From: a virus
IMG/VR virus record: IMGVR_UViG_3300035670_013237
Location: 1 to 32,000 of that record
Reading direction: 5' to 3' (one strand)
Length of the DNA: 32,000 nt
Part shown: piece after piece, positions 30,548 through 32,000 of the stretch
Layout: the number at the start of each line of letters is the position of its first letter
Numbering within the stretch: position 1 is the first letter of the stretch
Made by a program: the position numbers and the translations under genes
Notes under the pieces: model-generated
Seen by the model: the letters and a program-made list of their open reading frames with translations, nothing else
The model's database searches: none
What the model was told of the DNA's origin: nothing

Positions 30548-31798
30548 ATGGCAAAGGTATCCAATAAGGGCTCTACCTCTGCAGACCTCCCTGAGAAGCC
30601 TAGCAAGAAGAAGTCAGGGGATGAGATCGACGATCTTACCTCTGACCTCATCAAGCAGCTCAACAAGGAGTTCGGGCAGAGAATTGCTTACAATTTGAGC
30701 GAAGACGAAGCGCCCACGATCGTGAAGCGCTGGATTGACACTGGTTCCATTCAACTCAACTATGCAATTCGTAATGCAGCAAATGGCGGATATCCGGAAG
30801 GTCGAATCATCGAAATTTCGGGCCTTCCATCTTCAGGCAAGTCGCATCTTGCTTACCATGCTGCGGCGGTGACACAGGCATTGGGCGGTCTTGTCGTCTA
30901 TGTCGACACCGAGAATGCGACTCCCATTGAGAAGTTGAAGCACATGGGCATCAATGTGGCAAAGAAGTTTGTGTACTGCGATACGCATTGCACGGAAGAA
31001 GTCTTCGCCATCATTGAGAGCACAGTGACGAAGGCAAAGCAGATCATTGAAAAGAATGTTCCCATCCTTGTGATCTGGGACTCTGTGGCTGCCACATCAC
31101 CCAAGGCTGAGCTTGACGGTGATTATGACCAGAACACTATTGGTCTGCAAGCTCGTGTCATTAGTAAGGGCATGCGCAAGTTGACGGGTGTGATTGGGCA
31201 AAACAACGTAACGCTTCTGTGCATCAATCAGGTCCGCGAGAAGATTGGCGTGCTCCACGGAGATCCCATCACAACGCCGGGTGGCAAAGCGATTCCCTTC
31301 CACGCCTCTGTACGCATTCGCCTCGGCTCTGGTAGCCCCATCAAGGACAAGGCGGGTAATGTGGTGGGCATTCACACGACTGTTTCTATCAAGAAGAACA
31401 AGGTGGCTCCTCCCTTCCGTAAGTGCGAATTTGACATTCACTTTGGCAAGGGCATTGTGGAACACGAGTTCCTCTTCGATGAGTGCAGGTCTTGGTGCGA
31501 CAAGAACAAGGTCCTGATGGATTACGCTGGTGCTAAGGGACAAGCAAGGAAGGTCGAGGTGAGCGTTTCAGGAACTGGTGCTTGGAAAGAGCTCACTGTG
31601 TCAGACGCGGAGACAGGAGAGGTCGTGCTCGAAAAGAAATTCTATAAGAATGACTTTGGCGACATGCTCGTCGATCCTGTGTATAAGCCCTTCCTCGATA
31701 AGGTGATCGATGATGCCTTGACACTGCAGTCCGGCGCCCCGGCAGGCGACGGAGAATCACCCAGCGACGATGAAGATGAGGTGCTCAATGACGATTAA
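30548..31798 (+). CDS. RecA-family recombinase (the UvsX role), with N- and C-terminal extensions
   Basis: RBS TGAGGT. Walker A is GLPSSGKSH and Walker B is [71 protein letters not shown] is very close to the bacterial RecA core pattern. The tail is acidic: [11 protein letters not shown]. Confidence 0.9.
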   Translation: MAKVSNKGSTSADLPEKPSKKKSGDEIDDLTSDLIKQLNKEFGQRIAYNLSEDEAPTIVKRWIDTGSIQLNYAIRNAANGGYPEGRIIEISGLPSSGKSHLAYHAAAVTQALGGLVVYVDTENATPIEKLKHMGINVAKKFVYCDTHCTEEVFAIIESTVTKAKQIIEKNVPILVIWDSVAATSPKAELDGDYDQNTIGLQARVISKGMRKLTGVIGQNNVTLLCINQVREKIGVLHGDPITTPGGKAIPFHASVRIRLGSGSPIKDKAGNVVGIHTTVSIKKNKVAPPFRKCEFDIHFGKGIVEHEFLFDECRSWCDKNKVLMDYAGAKGQARKVEVSVSGTGAWKELTVSDAETGEVVLEKKFYKNDFGDMLVDPVYKPFLDKVIDDALTLQSGAPAGDGESPSDDEDEVLNDD

Positions 31799-32000
31799 GA
31801 AGATCAAGTACATGGGTGACTTCACACCGGCTTATCAGTCCGATGGTGCAGCAGGTTGTGATCTCACGTCATCGATGGATCAGGTCATTGAACCCCAGTC
31901 ATGGGGTGTCGTGCCTACGGGGCTCTTCCTGGAAGTTCCCCCGGGCCATGAGGCACAGATCAGGTCACGCTCTGGTCTTGCTGTGAAGCACGGTGTGTTC
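31788..32000 (+). CDS. dut: dUTPase, 5' partial (runs off the window)
   Basis: ATG 31788 has GAGGTG 5 nt upstream and overlaps the recombinase 3' end. SDGAAGCDL...VVPTGL...[13 protein letters not shown] matches dUTPase motifs 1-3; compare E. coli SGSAGLDL...LVPTGL...PRSGLGHKHGI. There is no stop before nt 32000, and the ORF is absent from the track. Confidence 0.85.
   Translation, partial: MTIKKIKYMGDFTPAYQSDGAAGCDLTSSMDQVIEPQSWGVVPTGLFLEVPPGHEAQIRSRSGLAVKHGVF

Noticed and set aside
1-32000. A search for tRNA or rRNA genes, CRISPR repeats, integrase or transposase genes, terminal or inverted repeats of transposons, and DGR template/variable repeat pairs.
   Set aside because: The intergenic spaces are short (the longest are about 190 nt) and show no cloverleaf-compatible sequence. 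I saw no regularly spaced direct repeats and no recombinase or reverse-transcriptase motifs in any frame. Long-range repeat detection by eye is limited, so a computational self-dot-plot would be needed to be certain.

Overview
This window is a single-strand block of a large contractile-tailed phage genome with T4-superfamily features; every credible gene is on the + strand. The gene order is as follows. Three small ORFs are followed by gp13-, gp14- and gp15-like neck and tail-completion proteins. Next come two tandem full-length tail-sheath paralogues (1010 and 1002 aa), a gp19-like tail tube and a lower-GC free-standing homing-endonuclease-like gene. After those come a small ORF, a gp26-like baseplate hub protein and two small ORFs. 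A 1577-aa tape measure follows, then a small ORF, a 1066-aa gp48-like tube-cap protein with strong internal GC mosaicism, a gp53-like LysM protein and a 994-aa hub-like protein. An 89-nt AT-rich spacer with a perfect TATAAATA separates this structural module from a replication and nucleotide module. That module holds a minimal family-A DNA-polymerase core, a 344-aa unknown protein, an HD-domain hydrolase, two small ORFs, a gp32-like SSB, a RecA/UvsX-type recombinase and the 5' end of a dUTPase. Hand counts on sample 60-nt lines give about 67-68% GC in core structural genes, 42-53% in the endonuclease gene and 30-35% in parts of the gp48-like gene. I saw no rRNA, tRNA, CRISPR array, integrase or recognisable defence system. 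All homology calls are motif recognition by eye, not database searches. The most unusual items are the duplicated sheath, the mosaic gp48-like gene, the minimal PolA-like polymerase, the multi-domain endonuclease and three SD-less genes whose ATG sits at the predicted start site of a late-promoter-like box.
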